A stretch of DNA of 63,651 nucleotides, counting the filler, from Reticulomyxa filosa (Eukaryota; Protista; Foraminifera), in NCBI GenBank assembly GCA_000512085.1. It is 15 parts of 15 records of this genome, joined end to end, with 100 filler letters (N's around TTAATTAATTAA, not from the genome) between each part and the next. Parts side by side here need not be neighbours in the genome. Positions count along the whole stretch, not along the records: positions 22,773 to 26,746 come from ASPP01003026.1; positions 26,847 to 29,342 come from ASPP01015810.1; positions 29,443 to 33,391 come from ASPP01020307.1; positions 33,492 to 34,555 come from ASPP01046552.1; positions 34,656 to 36,444 come from ASPP01004691.1; positions 36,545 to 37,918 come from ASPP01022124.1; positions 38,019 to 43,664 come from ASPP01002583.1; 8 more parts are not named here. The stretch is one strand, 5' to 3'. A model generated the notes under the pieces. That model made no database searches. It was given only the letters and a program-made list of their open reading frames with translations, and was not told where the DNA came from. Of this stretch, positions 25,047 through 38,169 are shown piece by piece. How positions within the stretch are numbered: position 1 is the stretch's first letter; each line of letters begins with the position of its first letter. The position numbers and the translations under genes are program-made.

Positions 25047-26007
25047 TAGAAATGCTCGAACTTTTTTCTTCAAAAAGTTTGTTGATCCACTCAGTCGGTC
25101 ATTTTTTTTTATTTGCACTCGATACAGTGCTTTATAGCTCTGAGTTTGGTGTTTGACCACTTGAAGCATGCCTTAATTATATTCTTTTTTTTTAGTTTTG
25201 AAAAAAAATTGTGATTTGGTGTGGCAATGAGATACAATTAAAAAAGAATAACTACGTATTACCTTTTCCGAAAATTTGAAAACAAAATCACAAATTGTTT
25301 GCACCAATGGCATTTCATTTTTGCAGTACAACCGCTGCACTTTATAAACAACAAGTGATCTCAATTCTTTGATATTAGGGCTGTCACACAATTAATGTTG
25401 CTTGATTTTTCAAGAGTTAGTGCCTTCCAACGATTTCATAAGATCATTGCGATCTAAATCTGTGACAAATTACTAGGAGAAGATATTTTTCCTCAAATAC
25501 TCCACAATATGGATATCAATCTCTGAAAAGGAGTTGTGTATTTCGCTTACCCATGTTGTTAATGTTACTGATTTTTTTTAAGCGGTGACATAACCCTTTT
25601 GAAAAAACAACAAAACAGGTGTTTTACGTTGCAACAAATTACTAACACACAAAACAGTACCCATTGCCAACGCAAAAAAAGCTTTGAATATAAATAAGTA
25701 CGTGGATGTAAGCTTTCTGCGATGAAGAGAAATAAAATATTTTATCAGCAATTCGCAATTATTTCTTAATAAGGAATAAAATTACTACATAAGATTCAAA
25801 GGCTACCTCAGCGACTAAACGCTCCGCACGAAATAAAAAAAAGAAGCTAAACTTTCCCATTTTTAAAGTTTGTGCACAACCAATAATCTAAACAGTGTCA
25901 AAATTAAACTTTGTGTTACAAAGTAAACAAAAGTTGTAAAACGGACTAGATTTTGGTTGTTTGTGTCGGCCCCTTTGAATGTTGGCATATTTTTTTTGCC
26001 AAATATC

Positions 26008-26714
26008 ATGGTAGTAAATTCTCACCTTTTGAATATGCACTGTCATGTGGCAAAGTTAATAGATGATGCAGTACAACAAAAAGACCTCTTAGTGTTATTA
26101 GCAGAATTAGTGGAGCTGCATGAACTGAAATCGCTGTTGAAAGAAAAGCTGAACAAGATCCTTGGCCACATGGAAGAAGAAAAAATCCGCAAGATATATA
26201 TGCGAGTCTCATCAATCGACAGAATTTTACCAAATAACATGAAATTATACATTATGTCGTATTTGGAGGCGGGATCTTATCCCATCTTATCCATTTTATC
26301 TCGTTCCTTTTACGAGCTGTTGATTTCCTCTCCTCTTTTGTTCAAAACGTTCAAAAAAAAAAAAAAAAGTCAGGAGAGAGAGAGAGTGTGAAATTGTTTT
26401 CAATTTTTTTTTTTTTTTTTTTGTATCTTTTCATTTTAAAAAATAATAATAAGTACACATTGGAATTGTCGAGTTTCATATCCGAAAAAATTTCGAAAGA
26501 AAACGTTAAGTTGTATTTGCAAGTGAAGCACGCGCAAGAAATTATAAAAATTTCTTATAGCCCGACTATCATATTGCCAGGCTTCCGAGAGATTTCGAGG
26601 TCCCAATTTCCTTGGAATTGCATTCGTCGATGGCAACTCACTGGCACGAGTTAAAATTATTGCAAGGATTTTCTTGGTCAGCAAATAGGAAAAAAAAAAG
26701 ATATGTTGTTATAA

Positions 26715-26746
<32 letters not shown>
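26008..26746 (+). CDS. F-box-like protein, 3' partial
   Basis: DRILPNNMKLYIMSYL...LSILSRSFYELL matches the F-box LP..(I)..I.SYL...L...S+.F pattern. There is an intron at ~26349-26453. Confidence 0.6.
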
Positions 26747-26846
26747 NNNNNNNNNNNNNNNNNNNNNNNNNNNNNNNNNNNNNNNNNNNNTTAATTAATT
26801 AANNNNNNNNNNNNNNNNNNNNNNNNNNNNNNNNNNNNNNNNNNNN

Positions 26847-27262
26847 GCTGTGGCTGTGGCAGCTGTGGTAATGCTATCATTAGTACTTTGGTCGGGTAGT
26901 GATGGGTTGTTGACGGTGTTAGTAGTTGCTTGCAGAACGACATCCGAAATGGATTTGATCTGTTCGTCATTATTGGTTTCGCCCGCTTTACGTAAGGCGC
27001 GCTTCGATGGTACTTGCTTTCGACGATTCAACGCGACACGCGACTTGCGTGAATTCACTGCAGTCGCGTCCGATGCTTCCGCTTTCGTCGCCTCTGCGTC
27101 TATCTCCGTCACTTCCAATGGTTGCTCGTCCACATTCTTCACCTCCTCTGTCACTGTCGCCTCACTCTTCGCTGCTTTGCTTCGCTTGCCGCGATCGCTT
27201 CGACGATTGCCTGACGCTCCTGTCTCCAACACTTTCCATTGCGTTTCTACTTGAGTTGACAT
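26847..27262 (-). CDS. Uncharacterised low-complexity protein, N-terminal part
   Basis: ATG-initiated ORF rich in T/A/E/K with basic clusters; it runs into the gap. Confidence 0.55.
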
Positions 27263-27933
27263 TATTTTTGTTCTTACTACTCTTACTCTTTCTTTACTCT
27301 TCTTTTTGTTTGTTGTTGTTTTTCCTACTCTTTGCTATAAACTCACTTTGTCTTTTTTTTTCTTTCACTACTTTTTTTTTGGATTAAAAAAAAAATAACC
27401 ACTGAAGGAAAAAAATAAACTTCTTTCCAGAACACAGTAGAATAAACCAGGGAGAAAAAAAGAAAAAAAGATTATTACAAAAAACTAAAAAAAATAATGA
27501 GTGGATAGAAAAAAGAAATGATAATATCAACACAAATGCGTACAAAAACTAATCAACTTCCTCCCCCTTTCGTGACACTTCAACTTACCGCCCTTTTTTT
27601 TCTCCTCCCTTTGCAAAAGGGGAGGCAGGGGGGGAGGGCTTTCCAAAGTGGTTTTTGTGCATGTTAAAAAGGTATGACATAATAGAATGTAAAGCTTTTT
27701 GAAATAGCATGAGAAGAGATCGTTTTTGTTTTTTTTTGTGTAATTAACAAATTGTGGCAAGTTAATGGTATAATAGAGGAACAGACTGAAAAGAAGAAAA
27801 TACAACCAAAATAGATACCATATTGTCCACACATTCGTTGTTTGATAATTCATATATAGAAAGCAAAAAGAAGGTGGAAAAAAAAAATAAACAAATAAAA
27901 TAATGTTCTCCTTGCTTCTTATGATTGTCCGGT

Positions 27934-29342
27934 TTATCCTTGGCGATTCTTTTTCTTTTTTGATTTTTTTTTCTTTTTTTTCTTTTGAGTGTTTTCGCTG
28001 TGATCGTGAGTATCAGCTTCTGGTTCATTTTTGTCAGTTTCCGCAGTTTGCTGTGGGTCAGCTGTGTCCTCTTCGTTTGCATCCGACTCATGTCCCGCCG
28101 AGTTCTTCACCTCATCTTTTCCTTCTTCCAGAGGCTTTGCGTCCGCCGCAGTGTCTTGGTTCTTTTCGCCCGCGTTTTGTTCATCGGTCGGTTGTTCTTC
28201 TTTTTCTTTTTGAACTTCAGGCTCATGGGTTTCATGGGTCTCGTGAACTTCGTGAGCTTCGTGAACTTCATGAGCTTCGTGAACTTCATGAGCTTCATGA
28301 ACTTCGTGAGTTTCATGGGCTTCATGTACTGGTTCAATCTCCTTTGCCTCGGTGGTATCTTGTTCAGCCTTTGCTTCCTCACCACCATGTGCGTGATGCT
28401 CTTGTGCATTGGATTCGACTGGCTTTTCTGCCTCAGGTTCGACGCGGTTCTCAGGCTCTTCTGGCTCTGGCTCCGGCACTGATGCTGGCGCTTCCTCTAA
28501 TTCCCGTTCTGGTTGTGGTTCCGGGTGTGGTTGTGGATCTGGCTCTGCTGGCTTCTCTGCTTCTATTTCGGCCGGCTTTTCTCCTGGCTCTGCTGCAGCA
28601 ATCTCTTCCTTTGCTTCCACATTGTCAGACTGTTTCTCTGGAACTTTTTCTTGTTCTTGTTCTTGTTCCTTTTCGTTTTCGTTTGCAACTGCTGCTGAGT
28701 CGACAGCCTCGGTGGCCACTTGCTTCACCGACTCTGCTTCGGTTGCCTCTTCCGCCTTTTTTTCAGATTCGGTCACGACGGCCTCGGTCTCTTCCTTTTT
28801 GTTATCTTGTTCTACTTGCTCGGGCTGATTTGGTTCGGTTTTTTGTCCATGATCATGTTCATGATTATGTTCATGTTCATGTTCATGCTCATGCTCATGT
28901 TCTTGCTCGTGCTTGTGTGCATGGTCATGGTCATGATCGTGATCATGTTTATGTCCGTGCTCATGCTCGTGCTCGTGCTCGTGTGCATGATCATGTTCAT
29001 GTTCGTGGTCATGATCATGCTTGTGACTGTGCTTATGATCGTGCTCGTGTTTGTGTGGATGTTCATGATCATGTGCATGGACGTGCGCTTGTGGTGGATC
29101 CTGGGCCTCTTGTGGTTGTTGCGCTGGCTCTTGATTGGCAACGGCGGAAGTGTCTCCGGGCTCGTTATTGACGTCCGAGTGTGTGTCGTCTTGTTCGCTT
29201 TTGCTTATTGACTTGCTGCTTGCTATTTCCTGCGCGGTGCGTTCGTCGACCTCCTTTTGCTGCGACTCCACAGCGGCCAAAGCACCTGTCGTGGTCGTAT
29301 CTTGGCCAGTGGTTTCTGCTTCTTCTTTTTGTTGGATTGGGG
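27934..29342 (-). CDS. Acidic, histidine-rich disordered protein, 5' partial, polybasic C-terminus
   Basis: Open frame of more than 448 aa rich in E/H/A/P, with an (HX)n block and an HE(A/V/T) block. It ends KKKKKKSKKKKNRQG. Confidence 0.8.
28222..28327. repeat. 9-bp tandem repeat encoding HE(A/V/T)
   Basis: Units of the form (T/G)(G/A)AGCTTC / TGAACTTCG are visible and translate as HEAHETHEVHEAHEV... Confidence 0.9.
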
Positions 29343-29564
29343 NNNNNNNNNNNNNNNNNNNNNNNNNNNNNNNNNNNNNNNNNNNNTTAATTAATTAANN
29401 NNNNNNNNNNNNNNNNNNNNNNNNNNNNNNNNNNNNNNNNNNCACTTTTTTTTTTTTTTTACAAAAAAAAAAAAAAGGGTAGAAAAGAGAGGGTAGGGAC
29501 AAAGTTGCGAAGAGGAACAACTAAATTTTTTAAAAATAAATAAATAAACACCTCGAATAACGTA

Positions 29565-32500
29565 GCCAGATTCGTCACACACCAAAAAAATACTCGAACG
29601 AGTGCTGGACAACATTCACGTGGCGATAAAACGCGTCCACGTTCGATACGAAGATTCGACCAAAAGTCGGAACTTCAGTTTGGGGATCAGTATCGAGTCA
29701 TTGGTAGCGACGACAACGAACGCGAACTGGAAGCCTGAGTTCATCGTGAAGAGAACACAAGTGGTCCAAAAAAAGGTGGAGCTTACCAAGTTCACAGTGT
29801 ATTTGAACACTTTGAGCAAAGTTGCCGATAAAGAGTTGTTGTCCAAGTACTTTGATTTCGATGACAAAGGTATAAATGAAGGGAGGAGGAGGGGAAGGGG
29901 GGGGGGGGTTCAATCAATGATGAGACGTTTTTTTTTTTTATTAATCATTATTGTTATTATTTTTGAAACAATTAGATTGAATGAACAAAATACAAATAAA
30001 AACACGAAAGATGAAAATGGACATTAACGATAACAAATAATAAATAAACAATAAATAATAAATAACAAATAATGATTACAGGCTTTTGGGATGGCTTTGA
30101 AGTTCGACAATACATAATAAAACCAACGAATGCGGAAATGTTTCTCACACTGAATAAAGATGTTGCCAAAGATCTGTATCAAAAACCACAAGTCCATATC
30201 AAAGGGATTATCGGGGACCTGTCCTTGACATTGGGCCAAGACCAATTTCGCGATCTTTTGTCCATTCTCAGCAACATCTCCATCGCTGAATCTTACGGAA
30301 AATACTTGGCTTGCAAGCCACAAGAATCCCTCACTCCAAAAACAGCCAAGCCTTATTGGCATTGGGCTATTGGCTGCGTCGTGCGTGACGTCGCCAAAAA
30401 GCGCAAACTGCATTGGAATAAGTTTAACTCGTTTTTCCAAGATCGAAAGAGATATATCGAGTTGTATTGTCAAAAACTAAATGCGCCATGGCTTTCAGGT
30501 TTTTTTTTTTCATGAACATGAGGAAAAGGGGGGGGGGGGAGGATCATTTTTAATGAACAAAAAAAAAATTTTTTTTTTTTTTGGGGGGGATGTATGAATG
30601 CTGGATGCACATCACAGATTTGGGCAAAAAAGACAGTCAAGAACTCAACGATTTGGAAGACAAGTACGACTACAATGATGTGGTGTATTTCCGCAATTGC
30701 GCAGTTGCACTGACTAGAAAGCAGTTTAGAAATCAGCCCGTTATTCTACGAAGTGAAATACCAAAGCAATCGAACCGGTTTTCACGATGGTTTGGAGGTA
30801 AGAAAAAAGAAGATATTAAGCCAGTGTCATTAACCGACACCGAAGTTGCCTATTTGTTTTTACGAGTGGGTTCTGGAGAAGAAATTGTTTACGATGAAAC
30901 CGAATCCAAAGAAAAACTTCCACTGGATTTCAATCAAATTCAAGTTTGTTTTTTTTTTTTTTTTGTTTTGGTTGTTGCTGTCCCCTTTTTAATTGATAAA
31001 AAAAAACAAAAAAAAAACTCATACTTCACTGATAAAAAAAAAAAAAAAAAAAAAATGTCACAAAAATAAGTTTGAATTTTCGATCGAACAAATCCTATTG
31101 AATCTGGTCGACGAAATTGAAAACAAAGACGAAAATGCGAAGAAAATTGTTCAAGTGGCCTTGAAGAAGGCGAATATGGTTACCTTGATGCGTCCTCAAA
31201 ACTCGCTGGTGACTCGTCTGTCGTTGCAAGCGATGGACTTGGAAGACTTTTACACGTCGAACACGTCGGACCGGTTCATGATCATGACGGCAGAAAGCAA
31301 TAGGGACAAGCCTTTGATGGAGATTGTGTTTGAAACAAACCCGTTGGACAAAGTCGCCGACAGCAAGTTGCAAGTGTCAATCCAAGACTACATTGTCGAT
31401 TTGCATATTCCTTTGTTTTTGAGATTGGGTGAGTTCTTTGGCCAAGAAAAGCAAGTCGACCTGCATGCATTCGAGCGAGCTGCTATGTTGCAATTGGAAG
31501 CAATGAAAAAGTTGAGTCATTCAAATTATCAAACAAAAAAAGTGTTTATTTATAATAATAATAATAATAATAAAAAATAAATAAATAAATAAATAATAAT
31601 AAATAACAAAATATACGAAAGTGCAACCCAAGCAGCATTAACAGATGCAGTGTCCTTACACAAGACAATTTTCATGGATGTGTCATTGCAAGCGCCAAAG
31701 ATACGACTTCGCCAAGACGTATCAAAAAAAAACTCGCTTGCGCTGATAATCGATTTAGGCAAACTGAGTGTGAAATCCAACTTGAACAAATCGCAAGCGG
31801 CGTTGATCGAAACGAAGCAAGAATCCAAAGCCACTATCGAGTCGACGAGTTCCACCGATCCGTCACTCGTGGTGGACGTGTTCAAAGATCCATCCTCATT
31901 GACCGACTATTACGATCTGTATGTGATCACTGTCGAAGGTGTTAAAATCTACATCGATCAAGACACAGAAGCCACGCGAATATTGCAACCACTCGATTTG
32001 ACTTTGAATCTCTGGTCTTGCATTTTCCCGACCCAGCCCAAATATCCCACCGTCGTATGCACCGGGGAATTGCCGCAAGTCAACTTGCGAGTTTCCGCGC
32101 TGAACATTCGCAAGGCCATGCTACTCATCGACAGTCTGCTCGCCGTTGTCATCGACGAAATGGAGACCTTGGAAAAGGAAAAGGCACGGCGAACCGAGAC
32201 CAACAAAAAGAATGCACAAGAGCCCAAAGTCAATCCTGCATTGAAGTCACATCATAACATGTCTGTCGCTCAAAGCAAAGTTGCCATAAAAGTTTTGAAT
32301 TGAACATACTTTTTTTTTTTAAATTACATACACTTGTGTTTGTGGTTTGTGTAGAAGCAAATGGAAAGAGAGCTCTTCAATGAAAAAACCCAATCGCAAT
32401 TATTGCATAAAGTAAACTTTTTGTTACGCTTTACCATCAACACTGTTGGATTTCAATTGGTTGATGATACCCACGACAAACCGCAATTGCTATTGCAAGG

Positions 32501-33351
32501 ACACATTGACTATACTGAGCTGGGTATCGAAATGCGAAAATGGGATCAAACTATAAGTTTCTTCATCGAGCAAATGGCGATTGAAGATTGTATCTGTCCA
32601 AAGCTGGGCACTGAAGGATCCTTGTACTTGTTGATGACAAAAGGATTCCGTCCTCAAAATGCCAAAGGTGAATAATATACATTATACGTGTGTATACATA
32701 TATGTTATACACGGATACAAATAAAACAAATCATCAGCATCGAAGCCTTTGGACCACGAAAAATCATATTTCCGGATTACATTGAAGACGATCGACTCCG
32801 ACTCTCCACAATATAAAAAAGTCGATCAAATCATCGATATCTATGCTGGGTCGTTGTACTTTTTTGTGCGTCCAGAAACCGTGTATGGCATGGCTGAGCT
32901 ATTGTTTAAAAATTTGTTCCCTGCTGCCACGGAAGAGGATCGAAAACAAGCACGCCATTTGGGCACTCCGTTGATGACGGAAGCAAAGATGGACGTCGAC
33001 CATGAAGATGAAATGGTGAAAAAACGAGAAGAAAGATTGAAGAAAATGCTGCAATCGCAGCAAGACGAACTGTCGAAAATTGAAAAGCAATCACTCGAAC
33101 GAAAGGCTGTTGTCAACATCCGCCTTTTGGTGACATTGCAGTCAATTGAAGTTGTGCTGTGCGCCGAACAGTATTTTTTGGGTCACGCCGGCATTGAGGG
33201 CCTAACTGCCAATGTCGACGTTTATCCGTACAGTATGGACGCTTGTGTCGATCTTGCGTCCGTTACCCTTGTTGATGTCACCAACACGGCCAAGCAGATT
33301 TCCACTTATGCGAACATTTTGCCCATCAAGTTCATTTTCCCTTCAAAATCA

Positions 33352-33391
<40 letters not shown>
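29565..33391 (+). CDS. VPS13: VPS13 family lipid-transport protein, N-terminal region (partial both ends, at least 7 exons)
   Basis: Motifs are LDNIHVAIKRVHVRYED, FSLGISIESL..TTNANW, YWHWAIGCVV, R.RYIELY, LNDLEDKY, W-FGG, FETNPLD, LIIDLGKL and YYDLY. Six canonical in-phase GT-AG introns were checked by eye. Confidence 0.9.
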
Positions 33392-33491
33392 NNNNNNNNN
33401 NNNNNNNNNNNNNNNNNNNNNNNNNNNNNNNNNNNTTAATTAATTAANNNNNNNNNNNNNNNNNNNNNNNNNNNNNNNNNNNNNNNNNNNN

Positions 33492-34540
33492 TGACTTTAG
33501 TGGCAGCGAGAAACGGGACCCGAACTCGATAATTGATGAGTCGATGATTATGGTGGAAGAAATACTCCAAGTTCACAACAACAGTAAAAAAAGAATATAC
33601 TTACCTTGTGTTGTCATATTTGTGTGTGTTTCAATACAGTGTACCGAAAGCAGTGAATCTTGTTCGCCGACGTTACGGGCAAACATAATAGTGAGTGAAA
33701 AGCATGGAAAGTGCTTATCAACAAAGGATCATTGCAGAAAGATCGGACCGAAGTGTTGGGCAAAAAGAAAAATTCAAATAAGAGATTCACCATTTGGAAA
33801 AATCTTCTCCTTCAAATTTGCAAGACTTAGCTCGTGAAAAACGATGTGATGAAAACACTCGGCCGCAAACAGAAACAATGACGAAAGATCTTTGGATGGT
33901 ATCAAAAAGGCGAAGAAGAATCAGAAGTAAATGAAAATGAGGAGGAAAACGAAAACTGAGACAAAGACGACAAGCCAAAAATGGACGCATAAAAAGTATG
34001 GTGAATTTCGTTGTCGTGGCTGTCGATGATCCGAGTTTGAGTCAGAGAAACTAGGGCCAGTGGTATAATTCATTTATTTGCTTTTGGAAAAAAAAGTCAT
34101 TGATTATTGTTGGATTCTGTTTTTGATGTTAGAAAGCAAACTGCAGGCAACAACGATAACAATTTCGATGGCGAAGACGAGACAACAACACCTCCGCAAG
34201 CACCATAACCGAAAACGCAATTCAAGATCGGAGATTACGTGAAGCTATCTCGAGGAAAAGTAGAAGTAAATTGGAGAAATCGATTTGATCGAGTTGGAGT
34301 TGAACACATAAAATCCTTACGGCGCAATGGCACATCGTGAAGAAAGAAACATTTTGAGGCCAATGTATGTCGTGGCCATTTTACTCGAGATGCTCAAATA
34401 GTGATTCCTTTGGTGTAGCCATTAAAACCCAAAGTTGTATCGTTTTCGTCAGTGGAGGGACGACAAGTATTATAAAGTATATTGGTTATCCTCCTTTTGT
34501 TGATAGTGAATTTATTTGCATTGAATTAGATTTGTTCTTT
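33492..34540 (+). pseudogene. Decayed gene with CAP-Gly domain remnants
   Basis: Frameshifted fragments read FKIGDYVKLSRGK, ELN..NPYG.NGT..KKHFEANVCRGHFTR and GRTSIIKYIGYPPFVDSEFICIELD. These resemble two CAP-Gly repeats, and the region has many stops. Confidence 0.55.
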
Positions 34541-35139
34541 TAGAAATAATTTTTTNNNNNNNNNNNNNNNNNNNNNNNNNNNNNNNNNNNNNNNNNNNNT
34601 TAATTAATTAANNNNNNNNNNNNNNNNNNNNNNNNNNNNNNNNNNNNNNNNNNNNCACAAACTTTCCAGAAGCGCAGCAAGTTTTTTATAGTGACACAAA
34701 TTTCCCTGAAGCACCAGCAAGTTTTTTAGAACCAAATTATTGGAAAACGTTAAAAAATTAACATCAAATCAGGTACTGTAATGATCAAAACAAAAAATAC
34801 AAGCAAAGGAATAATTTCAATACTATCTAGTATCTAAGGCCCAACAAAACAAACAATACCAATGAGCACTGGCCTGAAAGTTGGATCACTATCATGTTAC
34901 ACTCCAGAAAAATTTTAAAATGGCTTATTTTTCTCCGGTATATAATCATCGGATTTAGTTTCGAAAATTGTCAATACTATTGCATTCTCCGAAGTTATTT
35001 GATGCTTTCACTAAAAGGAGAAACGCATTTGAAGAACGAAAGCGAAAGCGTTTAAGAAAAAAAGTGCTTTTGGTATAACAAAAACGCTAATTCATATTTC
35101 ATTTTGAAAGAGATTAAATCTTTTGTGTAAAGAATCACA

Positions 35140-35744
35140 GACACTCTGCAAACACAAAGCAATCTATTTTTAACAGTTCATTTAATAACTTAAAATAATT
35201 GAAAATTTGAATACCTTCATGTTGATTGGTTCAATACTTCAAATAACATCGGAGTTTTTCGTTTGATACATATAGCTTGCATTCAGACATTCATACTTAA
35301 TTGCAACTGTTCCAATGTTCTCAGTTGTAATACAAAATTTCACTGAAACAAAAAATTATCAAGGTAACAATATTTTCTTTGTTTTGTTGTTGAAATAGAA
35401 ATGTTTCAATGCAAAGTCCTAGTAACACGCGAAAGCAATGTAATTTAATGCGACGATGAATAATTTTGGAAATCGCTTGTTCAATAATCGCATTCACTTA
35501 TTCATTTGCCAAAATAAACATTTTTTGTTTTTCAAACGCCAAAGACTTATAGACTGTTACTAAGCTGTGTTTCATAACACAATAGTAACTGATTTTCTTC
35601 ACACATTACGTTCGCTGAATAACTTTCGAACATAGTGGGCACGTAATCCACTGGGATTTCGTTGTTTATATAGATCACAAACAACGCTGTCTTGTATGAA
35701 TCCATGTCAACTATAGATACTAATTTCAATGTTCTTCTGTCCAT
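35140..35744 (-). pseudogene. Rho/Rac-family small GTPase pseudogene
   Basis: LKLVSIVDMDSYKTALFVIYINNEIPVDYVPTMFESYSANVM aligns to the Rho motif KLVVVGDGAVGKT...YVPTVF(D/E)NYSANV. The P-loop glycines are lost, a stop follows the eroded WDTAG, and downstream remnants include IG.VAIKYEC. Confidence 0.8.
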
Positions 35745-37270
35745 TTTTTTAAGATTTGAATCAATATGTCATTTTTATCCCATTTGGGGTGCCAATTTAC
35801 TGTTTTCGTGTTGAGTGAACTTGTTGTCAATCGGACTATTTAAAATCAGGCTAAGCATTTTTAAAAATAATTTCTTATGTTATAGCTTATCAAAAGATAC
35901 AGTCAAAAGGATAAATGGTATAAATATGTGAATATGTGGTTTTTTAATGTTCCAACAAATTTTCTAACGTATTGGGGCCAAACAATTTTGAAATAAAAAT
36001 TGTTAAATTTATTACACAAAAGCGTAGAATATTGAGAATTTGTCCGTTACATTTTTTAGCACAACAACTATAAATTTCATGAGCTGTATTTATAGTGTAG
36101 TGAAAATCTCAGACGAAGTGTTTTTTTTATCCTTACTTTTCCAGAAAATTCTGTGATGTTAAATGCCAAAAGTGTTAGGAGATACAAAGCTCAAATTTTT
36201 AATACAATCCAATCTTTAAAAAACAATCAAGTATTGCTTAAATTTTAAGCAATTTTGGAGATTTTAAAATTTTTGCTATTTTTATTGTTACTTGTGTAGT
36301 ACTCGTGATATCGTAATAAGTAATTCGCGCACTACAAGTGAACTTTGGAACCCTTTATTCTAAAAACACACTACTCACTTTCAAGACTTGTCTTTTCTCT
36401 TTCACTTGTTGAATCTTGTTGTTTATTGTCTCTTTTATTTAAATNNNNNNNNNNNNNNNNNNNNNNNNNNNNNNNNNNNNNNNNNNNNTTAATTAATTAA
36501 NNNNNNNNNNNNNNNNNNNNNNNNNNNNNNNNNNNNNNNNNNNNCATTGCATGAACACACTTTCTATATCAAATACCTATTCAAAATTTAGTTTGATAAG
36601 ATTAGAATAGATTAATGTTAGATAATTTAATTTTGACATAATAAAGTATAAAATTCATTTAACACATTACATTCAATTTTTTTTAATTTAAATAAATATG
36701 TTGATAGTTATTTCATTGAATTTCAAATATCTTACATCTACATTCTGTTGAGGATAACTTTAATCAATTTTTCTTGTTCGAAAACTTGAAAAACTGGACA
36801 TAATGTTTTTGTTTAGAATAATTCCAGTTTCGATTATTACACACCATTCAAACAGGAGCATTTTATCGTCATGATGCAATTCACTAATCAAACCTTTTTT
36901 CAATTGTATCTTAATTCAACAGAACAAGTCCATTTTTATCGATTTTATAAGTCCAAATTTCCAAAATTTATTAAAGATTTCAAAGAAATTGACAAAAATG
37001 GGTTTGATTTATTTTGACACTAATGTATTTCATTGTCAAGTCATCCATTCTTTGTCTCATATTTCTTAAATAAGAGTGTAAATGAAAATACTGATCTCAC
37101 ACTTTCTATCAAAAAATAAGTCATCAAAAAAAATTAACCTCTTCAATTCAAAGTTACTTTTAAATTGGAGTTGAACCTGTATCACTTTCATTTTAATATT
37201 TTTATTGAAAAAAAAGATTAAAAAAGTTCATAATTCACTCAAAGTCAAATCAGCCAACGTGACGTCTTCA

Positions 37271-37918
37271 CTATCCCCAAATACGAATCAAACCCTTAGA
37301 TGAACTGTAACACAAATTAGTACCACAGACAATATCATCATTGATTTTTCTCTTGTTTTTATTCTTTTTTAATTGTAAAAACTTCAAATACACTATTCCT
37401 CTTTCTTCATCATCTCCTTTGATCACATATAATTCATTCTTATTTGATCGAATATCCCAAAAACGAATTGTATTATCAAATGATCCAGAACATATCACAT
37501 TCGAATTATCAATATTATTCTTTATTACAAATGGTGAATATTCAACACACTGTACAACATTTTTATGTCCATTAAATACTTGAATTTGGTGATCAGATCG
37601 AATATCCCACAAACGAACACTTTTATCAGATGATCCAGATAATATTGTATTTAATAATTCATTTGATCCATATTTTACACTATTCACGTAATGTGTATGT
37701 TCTTTGAATACATTCAATTGTTTGGTTGTTTCAATATCCCATAGTCGAATGGTATGATCATATGACCCAGAACAAATTGTATATCCATTTCCACCAACCA
37801 CACCAATATTATTCATTTTATTATTTTTATTATCATTGCTATTATTGCTTTGTAATGGTGAAATATCAACACACCAAACAATATTTTCATGTCCATTGAA
37901 AACATGTAATGATTTTGA
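37271..37918 (-). CDS. WD40-repeat protein (expanded family), 5' partial
   Basis: Repeated GH...V..V...SGS.D.T(I/V)RLWD units, including GGNGYTICSGSYDHTIRLWDIETTKQ. Confidence 0.9.
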   Translation of the reverse strand, partial: SKSLHVFNGHENIVWCVDISPLQSNNSNDNKNNKMNNIGVVGGNGYTICSGSYDHTIRLWDIETTKQLNVFKEHTHYVNSVKYGSNELLNTILSGSSDKSVRLWDIRSDHQIQVFNGHKNVVQCVEYSPFVIKNNIDNSNVICSGSFDNTIRFWDIRSNKNELYVIKGDDEERGIVYLKFLQLKKNKNKRKINDDIVCGTNLCYSSSKGLIRIWG

Positions 37919-38169
37919 NNNNNNNNNNNNNNNNNNNNNNNNNNNNNNNNNNNNNNNNNNNNTTAATTAATTAANNNNNNNNNNNNNNNNNNNNNNNNNN
38001 NNNNNNNNNNNNNNNNNNATATGTTGTAATATCTTATCTCTTGCATTTATTTGAAAAGTTCTCCATACTTCTTTTTCATCAGGAGTTTAAAAAATTCAAT
38101 GTTTAAAAAACTATCTCACCAAACAAAAAAGTTTATACTGACTAATATTAAAGCATTTACCTGTAATAA

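Noticed and set aside
27903-29171. 422-aa plus-strand ORF and other long overlapping ORFs
   Set aside because: These are antisense shadows of the repetitive His/Glu-rich gene; repeats suppress stop codons.
29881-29908. G-runs in introns as G-quadruplexes
   Set aside because: They cannot be distinguished from the general homopolymer expansion in these introns, and run lengths are unreliable.
13309-33391. Apparent cluster of phosphoinositide/trafficking genes (TOR, hyccin, VPS13)
   Set aside because: Each lies on a different contig, so the adjacency is an artefact of concatenation.
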